This document shows, piece after piece, positions 38,301-51,550 of a stretch of 64,000 nucleotides of DNA. The notes beneath the pieces were generated by a model, which was given only the letters and a program-made list of their open reading frames with translations, did not search any database and was not told the DNA's origin. The first letter of the stretch is position 1, and each line of letters starts with the position of its first letter. The position numbers and the translations under genes were made by a program. The stretch comes from Mustelus asterias (taxonomy: Eukaryota): contig NC_135808.1 of assembly GCF_964213995.1 (NCBI RefSeq), positions 23,684,001 to 23,748,000 of the forward strand, given 5' to 3'.

Positions 38301-41300
38301 GGTGATTTACGGTAAGACTGTTTCTCACTGCTAGAGAGGACACAGCCTCAGGCCAGGATCACAAGAGGGAGGGTCAGTGCTGAGCCTGAGACCCAGGATA
38401 CAGAGAATGGGAAATAAATATTAATCTTCAATACTTTATTTATCATGGCGCTACCTTTAGAGGACAGTAATTGTGTGTCCAGGGATTTAATGTGAAATGT
38501 GCCCCTATTATTTGGCTACTAATTCAAACTCTTTGCAAACATTTCAGTTTAGTCGGACAAAGGACAGAAGTCGAGTCTATTCCTCTTAATAATCTATTTA
38601 ACACTTTAAGTACCAAACTCAAACTTACAACAGTTGCAACATTTTAACTCTTTTTGTGGACATTAATTCTTTAACTGAACATTAATTCTAATTCCTTAAC
38701 TGCAAACAGATATTCTAATCCTTTAACTGGAAATAGATATGACCTGGTTTAGAGCAAAATGTCTGTTCCCGATGTAGAACTGTCCTCAGCGTCTTTCTCT
38801 GAAGATGTTCTGCAGGGTACACTTCTTGCGATGGTTGATCTCTGGAGTTATTGCTGGAAACAAAGGGCTGACGTGTGCCTTTACCCCCAAAACTGTTCTC
38901 ACTTTCCAGAAAGTTCTGTAACACCCAGCCAATGGTGTAACCGGGAACTGATCATGTTGCTCGACCAAGCCAATGAATTACTTGTAACCGATTCCACAAT
39001 GCTCACTCAAGCCTGCATGCAGGACACATAGCTTATCCTCTGTCGGTGCCATCAGGTCGAACTCAAAGTAAACAACTTCCCATATTTGGTCAACACAGGA
39101 AGCGGAACAAAGAAACCTACAGCACAGGAACAGGCCCTTCAACCCTCCAAGCCTGCACTGACCATGCTGCCCAACTTAACTAAAACCCCCTACCCTTCTG
39201 GGGACCATATCCCTCTATTCACAAAGAACAGTGTCAGGTCACAGTTCACCGGGCAGACCACGTCAAGAACAGCTTTACGACCTGCATCTGTTTTTAAATA
39301 TAAGTTGACCAAAAATCTCAGCATGCTTAACCCTCAGCCAGAATCCCACTTATCGCCATTATACTTGTTAAAATCATTATTGCAGTCATTCTTTATCTGT
39401 CTGCACCCCATTGTATCCTGGGATATTACAGGTGAAAGGGCACAGAGTATCCTGGGATATTACGGTGCAACAGAATCCAGTGTATCCTGGGAAATTATAG
39501 TACGTCACACTGCAGTGTATCCTGGGAAATTACAGGAGGGGTAGGGCCCAGAGTATCCTGGGACATTACAGTGCAACACAATCCAGTCGATCCTGGTGTA
39601 TTACAGTGCACCAGGATCCAGTGACTCGTGAGATATTTCAGGAGGGATGGGGCTTGGTGTATCCTGGAATATTACAGCATGACAGGGCCCAGTGCATCCT
39701 GGGAAATAACAGGAAGCACAGGAACCATTGTATCGATGGATATTACAGTAAGACAGGGCTGTGTATCATGAGCTATTATAGTTGGTCAGGGTGCAGTATA
39801 TCTGGGATATTACAGCCTGACAGGACATGGAGTATCCTGGGATGTTACAGTATGACAGGATGCAGTGTATCCTGGGATATTACTGGATGACGGGACTCAA
39901 TGTCTGTTGGAATTTTAGAGAAGGGACAGGGCCTGGTGTGCTTGGGATTTCAGAGGAGGGAGAGGACCTGGTGTATTGGGATATTGCAGGATGGCAGGGC
40001 CCAGTGTCTGCTGTGATATTACAACCTGAGAGGACCCAGTGTGCCCTGGGATGTTATATTAGGACAAGGCCCAGTGTATCCTGGGATATTGCAGTAGGAT
40101 AGGACCCAGTGCATCCTGGGAGTTTACTTCAGTCAGCTTCAGATCAGAGTTCAGAAAAATAACTCCTTCTATTGGAGAGAATTCATGAAAATCTAGAAAT
40201 CAAAAAATATAACAATGAATAGTCAGCATGGATATTGAAATGGAAAATCTTGCTTTTCTCTACTGAGTGGATTTTTTGAGGATGTAACAGAGGGAGGAGA
40301 CAATGTAATAGATATAATTTAATATGATTTTTCAAATGTAATCGATAACATAACTCATGGTAGATTAATGAATCGGGTCAAAGAATGTGGATTTAGACGA
40401 TAAGTGACAGAATGGATTGCTCGTTGACTTTGAGACAGAAAGCAGAGAGTGTGAGTAAAGGGAGTTATTCAGAGTGACGGAAGGTGTTCCACAAGGATCA
40501 GTGCTGGGATTACTGCTCTTCATGCTTTACACTCACTGATTTGGACATTGGAATCAAAATAAAATTGACCAATTTGCAGATGACACCAAATTGGGGGAAT
40601 TATTTAATACTAAGGAGAACTTCAAGAAATTAATAGGACGTTAATAAACTTGTCGAATGAGCAAATAATTGGTGAATGGAGTTCAGCACAGATGAATAAG
40701 ACGTAGTTTTCTATTAAGTGACCTCCCGATACATCCTTATTACGAGGAAGGTGCAGGTCTGGATGAGGTTGAGGAGCAAAGGTGAACAAATACACCAATT
40801 AGACACAGGTTAGACAAGGCCATAAACAAACCAAACGGAAAACCAGGTTTCATTTCTTGATGGATAGGATTGTCAAATATGGACGTTATTCGTAAACCTG
40901 TATGAAACCTACATTATAGCACATTTAGAGTACCATGTGCAGTTCCAGTCACCATCTCATACAAAGGATATAGAGTCAGGGGAGAGAGTGTAGAGAAGAT
41001 TTACAGAGATGATTCCAGAAATGAGTGGGTGGACATCTCAGGAAAGGATTGACCGGCTGGGTCTCTGCTCTCGGGAAAACAGAAGGCTGAGAGTTGATCT
41101 AATCGAGGTCTTTAAATTTATGAAAGATGTTTTATAGATCAGACACATGGAGAATGTTTCCTCTTGTGGAAAGATCATAACAAGGTCATCAATACAAGAC
41201 AGTCACCAAAAAATCCAATGGGCAATTCAGGAGAAACCTCTTTACCCAGAGTGGTGAGAATGTGAGCTCACTACCACAGGGAGTGGCTGAACTGAACAGT

Positions 41301-42698
41301 ATAGTTTAAGGGGAAGATAGACAAGCAAATGAGGGAGAAGGGAGTAGAGTTAAAATGGTTGTTTTAGATGAGGAAAGATGGGAGGAGGCTCAAGTGGAAC
41401 ATAAATACCAGCATCAACTGGATGGGCTGAATGGCTGGTTTCTGTGTTGTATATCCTGTGTTTCCTGATTCTCTCTCTGTGATTCATTCTGTCTCATTTT
41501 TCTTTCCCTTTTTATGGGCGGCACAGTAACACAGGGGTTAGCACTGCTACCTCACAGCGCCAGGGACACAGGTTCGATTCCCGGCTTTGTCACTGTCTGG
41601 ATGGAGTTTGCATGTTCTCTCCGTGTCTGCGTGTGTTTCCTTCGGGTGCTCCGGTTTCTTCCCACAGTTCAAAAATCCACTGGTTAGGTGGATTGGCCGT
41701 GCTAAATTGCCCCTTAGTGTCAGGGGGGTTTGCAGGTTAAATACATGTTACAGGGATAGGGCATAGATGGGATTGTTGTCAGTGCAGACTTGATGAGCCG
41801 AATGGCCTCCGTCTGCACTGTAGGGATTCTATGATTCACTCTCAGATTCTCTGCCTCTCTCATTCTCTTTCTCGCTCTCTGACTCTCACTTTTCCCTCTC
41901 CCTGATTCACTCAGTCTCTCTGATTCTCTCTCTCTAACAGAACCAAAGTCTCGCTCCCAGGTTGCTGTTACTGTCGGGATTGTGGTTGGGGTCCTCGTGC
42001 TCATCGCTCTCATCATTGTGGCTGTCGTCATCGACAACAAGAAAGGTAGGAATTGGGGGGAAAAGAGCAGCTTCTCACTGGGGGGAGGGATTGTGGGAGA
42101 GTATTCCAGGGTGGGGGTGGCTCAGGCTGTGGGTCTCGGGTTGCTGTGGGGGGGGAAACAGAGTGGGTGGGAGAGTCGCAGGGTTGGGATCGGGAGGGTA
42201 AGGGGCTCAAGATAAAGAGGGAGTGTCTGTGAATTGTGGGAAGGGTCTCAGATTGCAGATGGAGTTCAGGGTATCTGTGAGGGTCTCAGGTCAGAGTAAG
42301 GGTCCAGGGTCAGGGTGGGAGTGAGGGTCCAGGGTCAGGGTGGGAGTGAGGGATCAGAATTGTGTTGTCGGGGCTCAGTGCGAGTGAGAGTTCCAGCCTC
42401 TGTCTCTGATTTTCTCTCAGTCTCGTCACTCACTGAACATTCCTTGTTTCACAGGGAGAGGGAAGAGCGACTACAGTCCTACAAAGAGTAAGCTGATCAT
42501 CAAACATCATCTGTATCTCTGTGTAATGTGTGAATCATTGTTCATTCTGTGTATGTGTGTGTGTCTCTTTCTCTCTGTATCTATATCTTGTGCACAGTCT
42601 CTATCTCTCTGATAATGAACAGTTTTTAAAACCTCTCCTTCTTTTTAACAGCTTCTGATGGTAGGAATTCCTCATCCTGCTCCTCATCGCGTTCCTGA
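35293..42698 (+). CDS. MHC class I heavy chain gene B (close paralogue of gene A), 7 coding exons
   Basis: Exons 35293-35356, 37298-37558, 37700-37972, 38048-38311, 41941-42045, 42455-42487, 42652-42698. Exon lengths match gene A, GT-AG boundaries, open frame. Confidence 0.93.
35357..35752 (+). repeat. 63-bp intron 1 tandem repeat (gene B, about 5 copies)
   Basis: Same unit; gene D has about 2 copies at 53454-53573. Confidence 0.9.
35417..35511 (-). mobile_element. Penelope pLTR remnant in gene B intron 1 repeat
   Basis: CCAGGTTAAAGTCCAACAGG...AGCTTTCGGAG...TTCATCAGGTGAG. Confidence 0.75.
36130..36452 (-). mobile_element. HE1-like SINE
   Basis: tRNA-like head and CR1-like tail. Confidence 0.8.
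36640..37170 (+). mobile_element. Degenerate LINE endonuclease fragment (RTE-like)
   Basis: LSDFNNVLG and LLELCHLNELSITNTYPQGKHCLKVSWH resemble APE-domain motifs. Confidence 0.55.
37298..37558 (+). CDS. Gene B exon 2 (alpha1)
   Basis: GSHSLRYFLSGMTLVPGFPEFVAVGYVDD...RANQSGG. Confidence 0.95.
37700..37972 (+). CDS. Gene B exon 3 (alpha2)
   Basis: GIHVYQTMTGCDLRDDG...YLEGECIEWLKKYLEYG. Confidence 0.95.
38048..38311 (+). CDS. Gene B exon 4 (alpha3)
   Basis: LSCAVTGFYP...YSCRVEH. Confidence 0.95.
39405..40120 (+). repeat. Degenerate approximately 34-bp satellite in intron 4
   Basis: CAGTGTATCCTGGGATATTACAG core; inverted copies at 14550-15095 and 31137-31265. Confidence 0.8.
40145..41460 (+). 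mobile_element. Degenerate CR1 fragment in gene B intron 4
   Basis: TTTGCAGATGACACCAAA (FADDTK) and other CR1 motifs. Confidence 0.75.
41515..41833 (+). mobile_element. HE1-like SINE
   Basis: GGGCGGCAC...GGTTCGATTCCC...GGGATTCTATG. Confidence 0.82.
41941..42045 (+). CDS. Gene B exon 5 (transmembrane)
   Basis: EPKSRSQVAVTVGIVVGVLVLIALIIVAVVIDNKK. Confidence 0.9.
42455..42487 (+). CDS. Gene B exon 6 (cytoplasmic)
   Basis: GRGKSDYSPTK; acag/gtaagc boundaries. Confidence 0.85.
42652..42698 (+). CDS. Gene B exon 7 (cytoplasmic tail, stop)
   Basis: TSDGRNSSSCSSSRS*. Confidence 0.85.
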
Positions 42699-43544
42699 GG
42701 TATGAACTGTGTTGATAAATATTGGGAGCTGATCCTTCTAACTGGGATATTCCCGCTGGATTTAGCTGTACAATCTGGTGGGTGGGATGTGAGCTCAGTG
42801 TCTGTCTCTCGCTGTATCGTCACTAAAGAGCAGCTCATCCAATCCAACACTGAGCTTTGAGACTGGCCTTCTGGAGACGGCTGCTCCTGTACAGTCTGAG
42901 GGTGGAGACATTGTGTGTTTTGACGTGTAGAGACATCCGGAAACGTCTCACCCTGGACAGCCTCCTCTCAGCTGCTCAATTTCTTTAAGGAAGTCGTAAT
43001 TCTCTGAGATTTCCCTGAAGTTGGTCACTGGGCTTTGCCACTCCCACAGGATTTAACATCAGTCTTGTTTTGTCTGTGTGGGGTTTGCACATTCTCCCCG
43101 TGTCTGCGTGGGTTTCCTCTGGGTGCTCCAGTTTCCTCCCACACTCCAAAGATGTACAGGTTATGTTGATTTGGCTATTCTAAATTACCCCTTACTGTGA
43201 GGGGGATTAACAGGATAAATACGTAGGGTTACAGGGGTAGAGCCTGGGTGGGTTTGTTTCAATTCAGGCTCGATGGGCTGAATGGCCTCCTGTGCTGTCG
43301 GGATTCTGTGACACATGATGGGTCTGTTCTTTCACTGGATGTTTGGGGTTCGGAGTGGATCTTAGGGGTTTAGCTGGCGTTTGGGGCTCTGATGGGTTTA
43401 GCTGGCGTTTGGGGCTCTGATGGGTTTAGCTGGCGTTTGGGGCTCTGATGGGTTTAGCTGGCGTTTGGGGCTCTGATGGGTTTAGCTGGCGTTTGGGGCT
43501 CTGATGGGTTTAGCTAGTGGTGTGTGGTTGGAATGTTGAATGAT

Positions 43545-44690
43545 AAAGAAGATTGGGTCACACGGAGTTGGGGGTAGGGTGTTAGCGTGGATTGGGGATT
43601 GGCTAATCGACAGGAAGCAGAGAGTAGGAATAAATGGGTGCTTTTCTGGTTGGCAGATGGTAACTAGTGGCGTGCCGCAGGGATCGGTACTGGGGCCTCA
43701 ACTATTTACCATTTATATAGACGATCTGGAGGAGGGGACTGAGTGTAGGGTAACAAAGTTTGCAGACGACACAAAGATAAGTGGAAAAGTGAATCATGTG
43801 GAGGGCGTAGAAGGTCTGCAGAGAGATTTGGACAGGCTGAGTGAGTGGGCGAGGATCTGGCAGATGGAGTATAACGTTGAGAAATGCGAGGTTATTTACT
43901 TTGGAGGAAATAATAGCAAATTGGATTATTATCTAAATGGAAAAAAAATTACAACATGCTACTGTGCAAAGGGACCTGAGGGTCCTTGTGCATGAGATGC
44001 AAAAACCCAGTCTGCAGGTGCAACAGGTGATCAAAAGGCAAATGGGATGTTGGCCTATATCGCAAGGGGGATAGAATATAAAAGCAGAGATGTCTTGCTG
44101 CATCTGTACAGGGCATTGGTGAGACCGCAGCTGGAATACTGTGGGCAGTATTGGTCCCCTTATTTGCGGAAGGATATATTGGCCTTGGAGGGAGTGCAGA
44201 GAAGGTTCACCAGGTTGATACCAGAGATGAGGGGTGTTGATTATGAGGAGAGACTGAGCAGATTGGGTTTGTACTCGTTGGAATTTAGAAGGCTGAGGGG
44301 GGATGTTATAGAGACCTATAAGATAATGAAGGGGCTGGATAGGGTAGAGGTGGAGAGATTATCTCCACTTGGAAAGGAAGCTAGAACTAGAGGGCACAGC
44401 CTCAACATAAAGGGGGTTCAGTTTAGGACAGAGTTGAGGAGGAACTTCTTCTCTGAGGGTGGTGAATCTCTGGAATTCTCTGCCCACTGAAGTGGTGGAA
44501 GCTACCTCGTTGAATATGTTTAAATCACGGATAGATGGATTCCTGATCGATAATGGAATTAGAGGTTATAGGGATCAGACGGGTAAGTGGAACTGATCCA
44601 CTTCAGATCAGCCATGATCTTACTGAATGGCGGGGCAGGCTCGAGGGGCTAGATGGCCTACTCCTGCTCCTATTTCTTATGTTCTTATGT
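43545..44690 (+). mobile_element. 5'-truncated CR1 LINE, frameshifted
   Basis: GVPQGSVLGP and KFADDTK; (TTCTTATG)n tail; absent from the paralogous site at about 7280. Confidence 0.9.
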
Positions 44691-47600
44691 ATGTTTGAGA
44701 GCGAGGCCATTCAGCCCATCATGTCCCTGCCTGTTAATGAAGAGCTCTCCAGCCTAATCTCACCTTCCTGTACTCGGTCTGCAGCTCTGTAGATCACAGC
44801 TCTTCAACTCGACATCCAAGAATTGATTCAATGTGGTGAGAGTTTCTGCCTCTACCATCCTTTCAGACAGTGAGTCCCGGGTCCCTCCCACCCTCTGGGT
44901 GAAAAACCCTTTCTTCATTTCCCGCTGATCATTCTAACAATTACTTTAAATCTGTGCCCGCTGGTTTTTGACCCCTCTGGTAAGGTAAATGTGTCATCTC
45001 TATTTACCATGGCTCCTCATAATTATATCCACCCCAATTAAATCTCCCCTCGGCCTCCTCTATTCTACAGAATCCTATTCCAGCCTATCCGCTCTTTCCT
45101 CACAGTGAACATTCTCCAGTCCTGTCCACATTAAACAATCTCCTCTGCATTCTCTCCAATACAATCACATCTTTTGTGTAATGTGCTGACCAGACTGTGT
45201 GCAATGCTTCAGCTGTCGTCTGTCTGGTGTTGTTTACCGTTTTCGCAAAACCACTCTTCTCTGTGCCTTGGCTAATAAAGGAAAGCATGTTATATACCAC
45301 CTTTACCACATTTATTAACCCAGTCTGGACACCTTTCCCAGTCTGTGGACATACACTCCTGGGTGCCTCTCTTCCTCCACATTACTCATTATCCTCCCAT
45401 TCATTGGGGATTCCCTTTGCCTTGTTAATCCTCCCAAAACCCATCACATTCTCCACCCTCTCACACAGACTATTTTATTTATTTTTTTATCATTTAGGGC
45501 ACAGACTATTTTATTGGTCTCCAAAAAGCTCTACTTTCCTTATCCTTTTCTCTTCAGGGACTGATAGAACATCCTTGGAGGTTCCTTGATTTTTCTTGCC
45601 AGTATTTTGTCGTGCCCCCTCTTTTCTTTCCTAATATTCCCCCCTCTCTGTCTCTTCCAGGTTTCTGCATTATTCGGCGTGAGGGGTCAGATGGATTTTG
45701 CTGCTGGTTGATGTGGGAGTTGGGTGGATCTGGTGGGTTTTGTTTGGAGGGTGGATGGTTCCAGCTCTGCTGGCTTTGCCTCACTCTATAGTGATATATT
45801 TCTTTCTCATCTCGTGTATTCTGGGGTTTGTAATCCAGGAACACCAGTTCCTGAGAACAGCAGCAGGAGAGGATGAGGGAATGAGGGAAGATGTGATTTC
45901 ATCAAGGTGACAGCGACTGATTCAAGCTCCACAAATGTGATTCTGTTGAAATGGAACTGTGGTGATGGTTTGGAAGTAATTGCTATATCTGGAGCTGCAC
46001 TTTGTAACCTATTCTGATCTGAGCTGTTTATTCTGCACAGACACTAGAGGGCGAACTTGTGAAAAATATTCTAAGTCCAGAAAGAGCATGAAAACAGGAG
46101 TGTTTCTGGTCTGTCTTTTTGGTGAATCAAAATCTGCTATCTTATGCACTTAGAGCAGAAAAGAACCCCTAATCTGTTTCTTGCCTGGAGGGGAAGTGGG
46201 CAGGGCTTAAATCACCAGAATGTTGCCTGACAACAGCAGAGGACACCATTGCGCATGTGCAGGTCCCTCTGCTCTGAACAACAGAGAGACCTGTCACTCA
46301 GCCTCTGCTGCTTTCACCAGGCCTCCATAGCCTAAACACGGACCTCCCCAGCTGCTACGACAGTCCGTGGCCTCATGCGACCCCTGATGGCTGGACCAAT
46401 AGACCCCGCGACACCCCACCTGCCCAGACGGATCGAGCGACATCCCCCCGGACAGATCAAACCCCGTGATCCCACCACTCAGGCCGATTTTCCCCCCCAT
46501 CCCACCCCCGATCGCAATGCAGTAGGCCCCACTGCTCCCCCTCACCGATGGCAAATACTGAGTGGCAGTCGCCCCCTCGCCTCCCCCCAAATTGCAAATG
46601 CAGAGTGTGCAGCACTCTTCACTGCTCTTCCCACCACGGTTTTGCCCCCCAACAAATCAGGCTCCACACCCTTCGCACTGCCAGAGTACCAGGCTCGGCA
46701 CTGCCCACTAGGCACTCCCCCCGACTTCTCGGGGTGGTTTCAATGGCCTCTGGATCCACTAGCGAGGCATCAGGTCTGGTCCCTGTTGTGATTCTCGCTG
46801 GAGTGAACCTCTCCCGTGAGGCCACAGAGACGAGAGCCCAGATGATTGCGCCGCGGGCTCGCTCATTTTGTTCAAAACAGGTTTTAAATGTAGTCAAGTA
46901 TTTTATTCAGCCTCGCGCCGCAATGTGTGAGAAATCGGGAGCGAATCTCATCTGTATTGAACTCATGAATTCCAATATCTTCTGCCCTTTCCTGATTTCT
47001 CTTTTAATGTCTGTTATTCATTGGTGAGTGTGTTTATGTCACATCCCCCCCTTCCCAAGCACTCTGTCTGGGGAAATAACAAACATTATTGAAATATCAG
47101 AGCCTTTGTTTCAAACTGTCACCGCGATCTGACATTTGGAGCTGCAGCTAAGTTTCCAATTCTTGTCACTGTTGGAAATATTGTTACACTTTGCAGTATT
47201 GGACACAATTGTTACCTGTGTGTGTGTGTTTTATTAAAACAACAGAAAAGGTTTATTCTGCTCGGAGCTGAATGGGTTAATTCTAAAATTAGAACACATT
47301 TGGTGAAGGAATTCACTCACCGATTTCAGAAAGTGACTGGGTTACAATGTTCTCAGAGTAATGGCGGTTTCAGCAGAACAAAGATATTTCTTCAAGTCTT
47401 GTGGATTCACCATTTCAAACTGGATATTTCCGAATAAATATCTTCTAATCCATTTTTCTCCAAGGTTAAGTCCCAAATGTTCCACAGGGTTGTTTTTAAT
47501 GGAGATTTTAAACACAAGAATAATCCATCAACAATCACCTTAAATTCAGCTCCTGAATTTGAAATTACACCGTCAAAGCTTAAAAAAAACGGCCCCACTC

Positions 47601-47874
47601 TGACAGATGTGAATTTGTATCTGGATTAGAAATCCCACATGTTTCACCAGCTTCAACAGAGTTTCATTGTAGCGGCAACAAGCTCCCAGTTTCAAAACTT
47701 TTAAACTGTTCTCCTCCCTTTAGACCTCACCATTTTCAGGAAAACATCAGAGTTGGAGCCGGTCTGAAGGAACAGCAACACAGAGCATTCACACAGCCTT
47801 TCCTCATTCACCAACAGGACGTTTACACACTCACATCTGTACACACAATTCTTTCTCACAGCACTTCAAGTTTC

Positions 47875-48755
47875 ACATTTGGAGGAAAATGTAACTGGAT
47901 TGATTAGTAAGTTTGCGGACAACACAAAGGTTGGTGGATTTGCGGATAGCAATGAGGACCATCCGAGGATACAGCAGGATATAGATCAGTTGGAGACTTG
48001 GGCAGAGAGACAGCAGATGGAGTTTAATCCAGACAAATGTGAGGTAATGCATTTTGGAAGGTCTAATACAGATAGGAAATATACAGTAAATGGCAGAATC
48101 CTTCAGAGTATTGATAGGCAAAGGGATCTGGGTGTACAGGTACACAGGTCACAAAGTGGCAATGCAGGTGGAGAAGGTAGTCAAGAAGGCATATAGCATG
48201 CTTACCTTCATCGACACTTGGAATATTGTGTTCAATTCTGGTCGCCGCACTACCAGAAGGATGTAGAGACTTTGGAGAGGGTACAGAAAAGATTTACCAG
48301 CATGTTGCCTGGTATGGAGGGCATTAGCTATGAGGAGAGGTTGGAGAAACTTGGTTTGTTCTCACTGGAGTGACGGAGGTTGAGGGGCGACCTGGTAGAA
48401 GTCTACAAGATTATGAGGGGCATGAACAGAGTGGGTCGTCAGAAACTTTTTCCCCAGGGTGGAAGAGTCAATTACTAGGGGGCACAGGTTTAAGGTGTGA
48501 GGGGCAAGGTTTAAAAGGAGATGAACGAGGCAAATTTTTTTTTAAAAACAGAGTAGTGGGTGCCTGGAATTTGTTGCCGGGGGAGGTAGTGGAAGCAGGT
48601 ACGGTCGTGACTTAAGGACCATCTTGACAAATACATGAATAGGATGGGAATAGAGGGATATGGTCCCCGGAAGGGCGGGGGTTTTAGTTAAGTCAGGCAG
48701 CATGGTTGGTGCAGGCTTGGAGGGCCGAAGGGCCTGTTCCTGTGCTGTAATTTTC
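47875..48755 (+). mobile_element. CR1 3' fragment
   Basis: ISKFADNTKVGG...CEVMHFGRSN. Confidence 0.85.
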
Positions 48756-51550
48756 TTGGCATATATTCCTATTCTCATGAAAGAGCATTTTTCCAAACTC
48801 CAAACTGACAGTTGGCCAAGGCCGGAATTGAACCCGGGTCCCTGGCGCTGTGAGGCAGCAGCGCTAACCACTGCCACTGTGTCACCCACATGGACACAGG
48901 TTGCTTCACATCCTTTAGATTTGTGCACAGAACGGAGGAATATTCATGAAGTAAAAGGAACAGTTGTTTGTTTACAAATCAGGATATCTCTGAACATAAA
49001 CAACCCGGTTGTTCACACAGTATTTTAAACTTTACTGTGAGTTTCTTTAATTTCTTTTTTCTAACCTGCTTCTGATATTCCACCAACCAGACATCAACAG
49101 CCCATTTCTGAAAAGCAGCGAGATCCATTTCTTCATCCTGATTCAATAATCTAATCTTTGGTCTCACATCTCCGTGATCTCTCACTATTTGTTTCTTCCT
49201 GTCGACTTTCTCCCAAACATTCCAATCTCCCGACTCTGATCCAAGCATCAAATCTCCAAATACTGTTTCTTTGTGCACCATTTTACCTTTCAATTTAACT
49301 CTGCCCGATCAACTCTTCACTTTTTCAAATCAATTCATTCCCGAACAAACACAGTAACCTTTCAAACAGGACTGGACAAGCTGTGAACTGTTTGTATCCC
49401 GGGTGGGGGGGGGGGGGGGGGGGTGATTCTCCCATCCCGCCACTACTTTTTTAGCATGGCGGGTTGAGAGAATTGCATGTCGGCCGATTCGTGGGATTCA
49501 TGCCTGTGTCCCTGCCGCGCACACATCTCCCAGCGCCAGATATCTGGCACCATCTGAGCCTCGCTGGAAACTGGTGAGTACTTTGCGTCTGTTTTTAATG
49601 TGTTTACCGGGCTCTGGGACTGAATTCTCCGGGCTCGCTGGCATCTTCCAACCCGTCAGGAGCATTTCACTCCAGTGGGGTTCAGACTAGCTCCCCACTT
49701 TCAGGGAACTAGCGGGACGACCTCATTGGAGTGAAGGGAAAGCAATCAGGGCCCCCTGGGGGTCGATGGCAAGGGGGCGGTGCCCCCTGGGCATGGGCAT
49801 CCTTACAGTACCAGCCCAATGGGCAAAGTGCCCATGCCCAAGGTGCACCAACAGTCCGAAGGGAGTGGGGCCCAGGGACAGTTGGGGCCTAGGTATGGGA
49901 GTGCGGGGGGGGAGGGGGGGGGGGGCTCCTGCTACCACCCTGCATTGGGATCAGTTGGGGCTGGAGGGAGGCCAGTGATCAGAGTGGCCTGGGGGATCAC
50001 CCTGGGGGTTTTGCCGGGGAGGGGATATCATCACCGGTGGAAGGGCGAGGGTTGGCTGGAGGGGCAGCACTACAAGGGTCCTGGGATGGCCAGTGATCGA
50101 GCTGCCCAGCGATCGTGAGGATGATCAATAAGGGCCACTGTGCATGTGTAGAGTTCTGGAATTGTCAGCCTCCAGGATTTTCCCACAAAGTCGATACTTA
50201 GAACTTTTTGGGGAGAATTGCGGGCCCGATTTCTTCAATAGTATTTGGTGTCCAGTTGCTATTTACATAATTTAACAGGAACAGGTTTAATATCAGGTCA
50301 GGACACAGCTCACAGACTGAGGGGGACAATATCAATACAGGACGCAGCTCAGACCGAGAGAGACAGTATCAGTACAGGACGCAACTCGGAGACACAATCT
50401 TGGAAAGATATTTCCTCACAGATTTCCCCTCCCAAACTGGTGAAGAAAGCAACAACTTTGACAGAACGTGCTGGTCCCTTTGTGGACAGTGATTTCTGTG
50501 GGTGATGGTGTGATGGGGGAGTGCTTGGGGTTAGATGTTAACCCTCAGTCATTGGAGAGCATGAGCTATAACAGCAGGAGTTCATCCTCGTGAGACTGTC
50601 CCATCATTCAACACAATCATAGCTGATCTGCCTCATCTCAATTTCAGTCCCACTCTCTGTAAACCTCCATTCCCTAAGACACCACAAATCTGTCTCTCTT
50701 CAATATCTTCAGGATTGAAGCATCCACAATTCTCTGGGGTAGAGAATCAAAGGTTCACAACCCTTTGAGTGAAGAAATTTCTCTTCATCTTAAATGATTC
50801 ACCTCTTATCCTGAGGCTTTGCCCTCATGTTTTATTCCTGAGCAGCAGAAAGAATCTTTCAGTGTCTACACTATCAGAATCAAATCTTTTCCAGTGAGAT
50901 TATCTCTCATTGTTCTAAACTCCAATGAATAAATCCCCAACCTGCTCAAGTTTTCCTCACAAAATAAATCCCAATCATTCCAAATAAACATTCTCTGTAC
51001 ATCTGCCAGAACAACTCTACACAAATTACAGGTGTGGTGTTAACAATGGTGTGTACATTTGTCACAAGACTGATTTATTCTGTTCTGTAATCCCTTTACA
51101 ATAAAGACCAAAGTACCATTTGCTTTCCTGGTTGTGCTTTAAAGGCGTGGCACGGTGGCACATTGCTGCCTCACAGCACCAGGGACCCTGGTCCAATCCG
51201 AGTTTGCATGACGATGTGGAGTTTGCACATTCTCCCTCTATGATTCTACCTGGAGGAGTTTCTGTGTTCCTTGTAGAGTACATACAAGTGTCTCATTTTA
51301 AAAGAAGTGTTCTACGTTTCCATCCTTGCTAGCAAAGTTGAATAGCCCCCACAGCTGTGTCCTCTGCCACATACAAGCAGTTTGAGTGCTTTCCCACTAT
51401 GTGAAACAGGAAGCCACATTTCAACTCAAAGACACAATCATTGTGCATTCACTGAGCCCACCAACAAAACTGTCTGACTTCATTACACCCAAATTAATAA
51501 TTAAATAAATGTGCGCTCGTCTCAGAAAAACCCTTACACAAATTCAGTTA

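Noticed and set aside
38515-39385. Possible LTR or other insertion in gene B intron 4
   Set aside because: It is absent from A, but termini, TSD and coding motifs could not be established by eye.
41515-41590. tRNA gene
   Set aside because: The A/B boxes belong to SINE heads that continue into SINE body. No complete cloverleaf is seen.
8051-42698. Calling genes A and B classical UAA, or CD1/MR1
   Set aside because: Anchor residues are missing, so not classical. The sequence is UAA-like and not CD1/MR1-like. Lineage needs a phylogeny, so no symbol is given.
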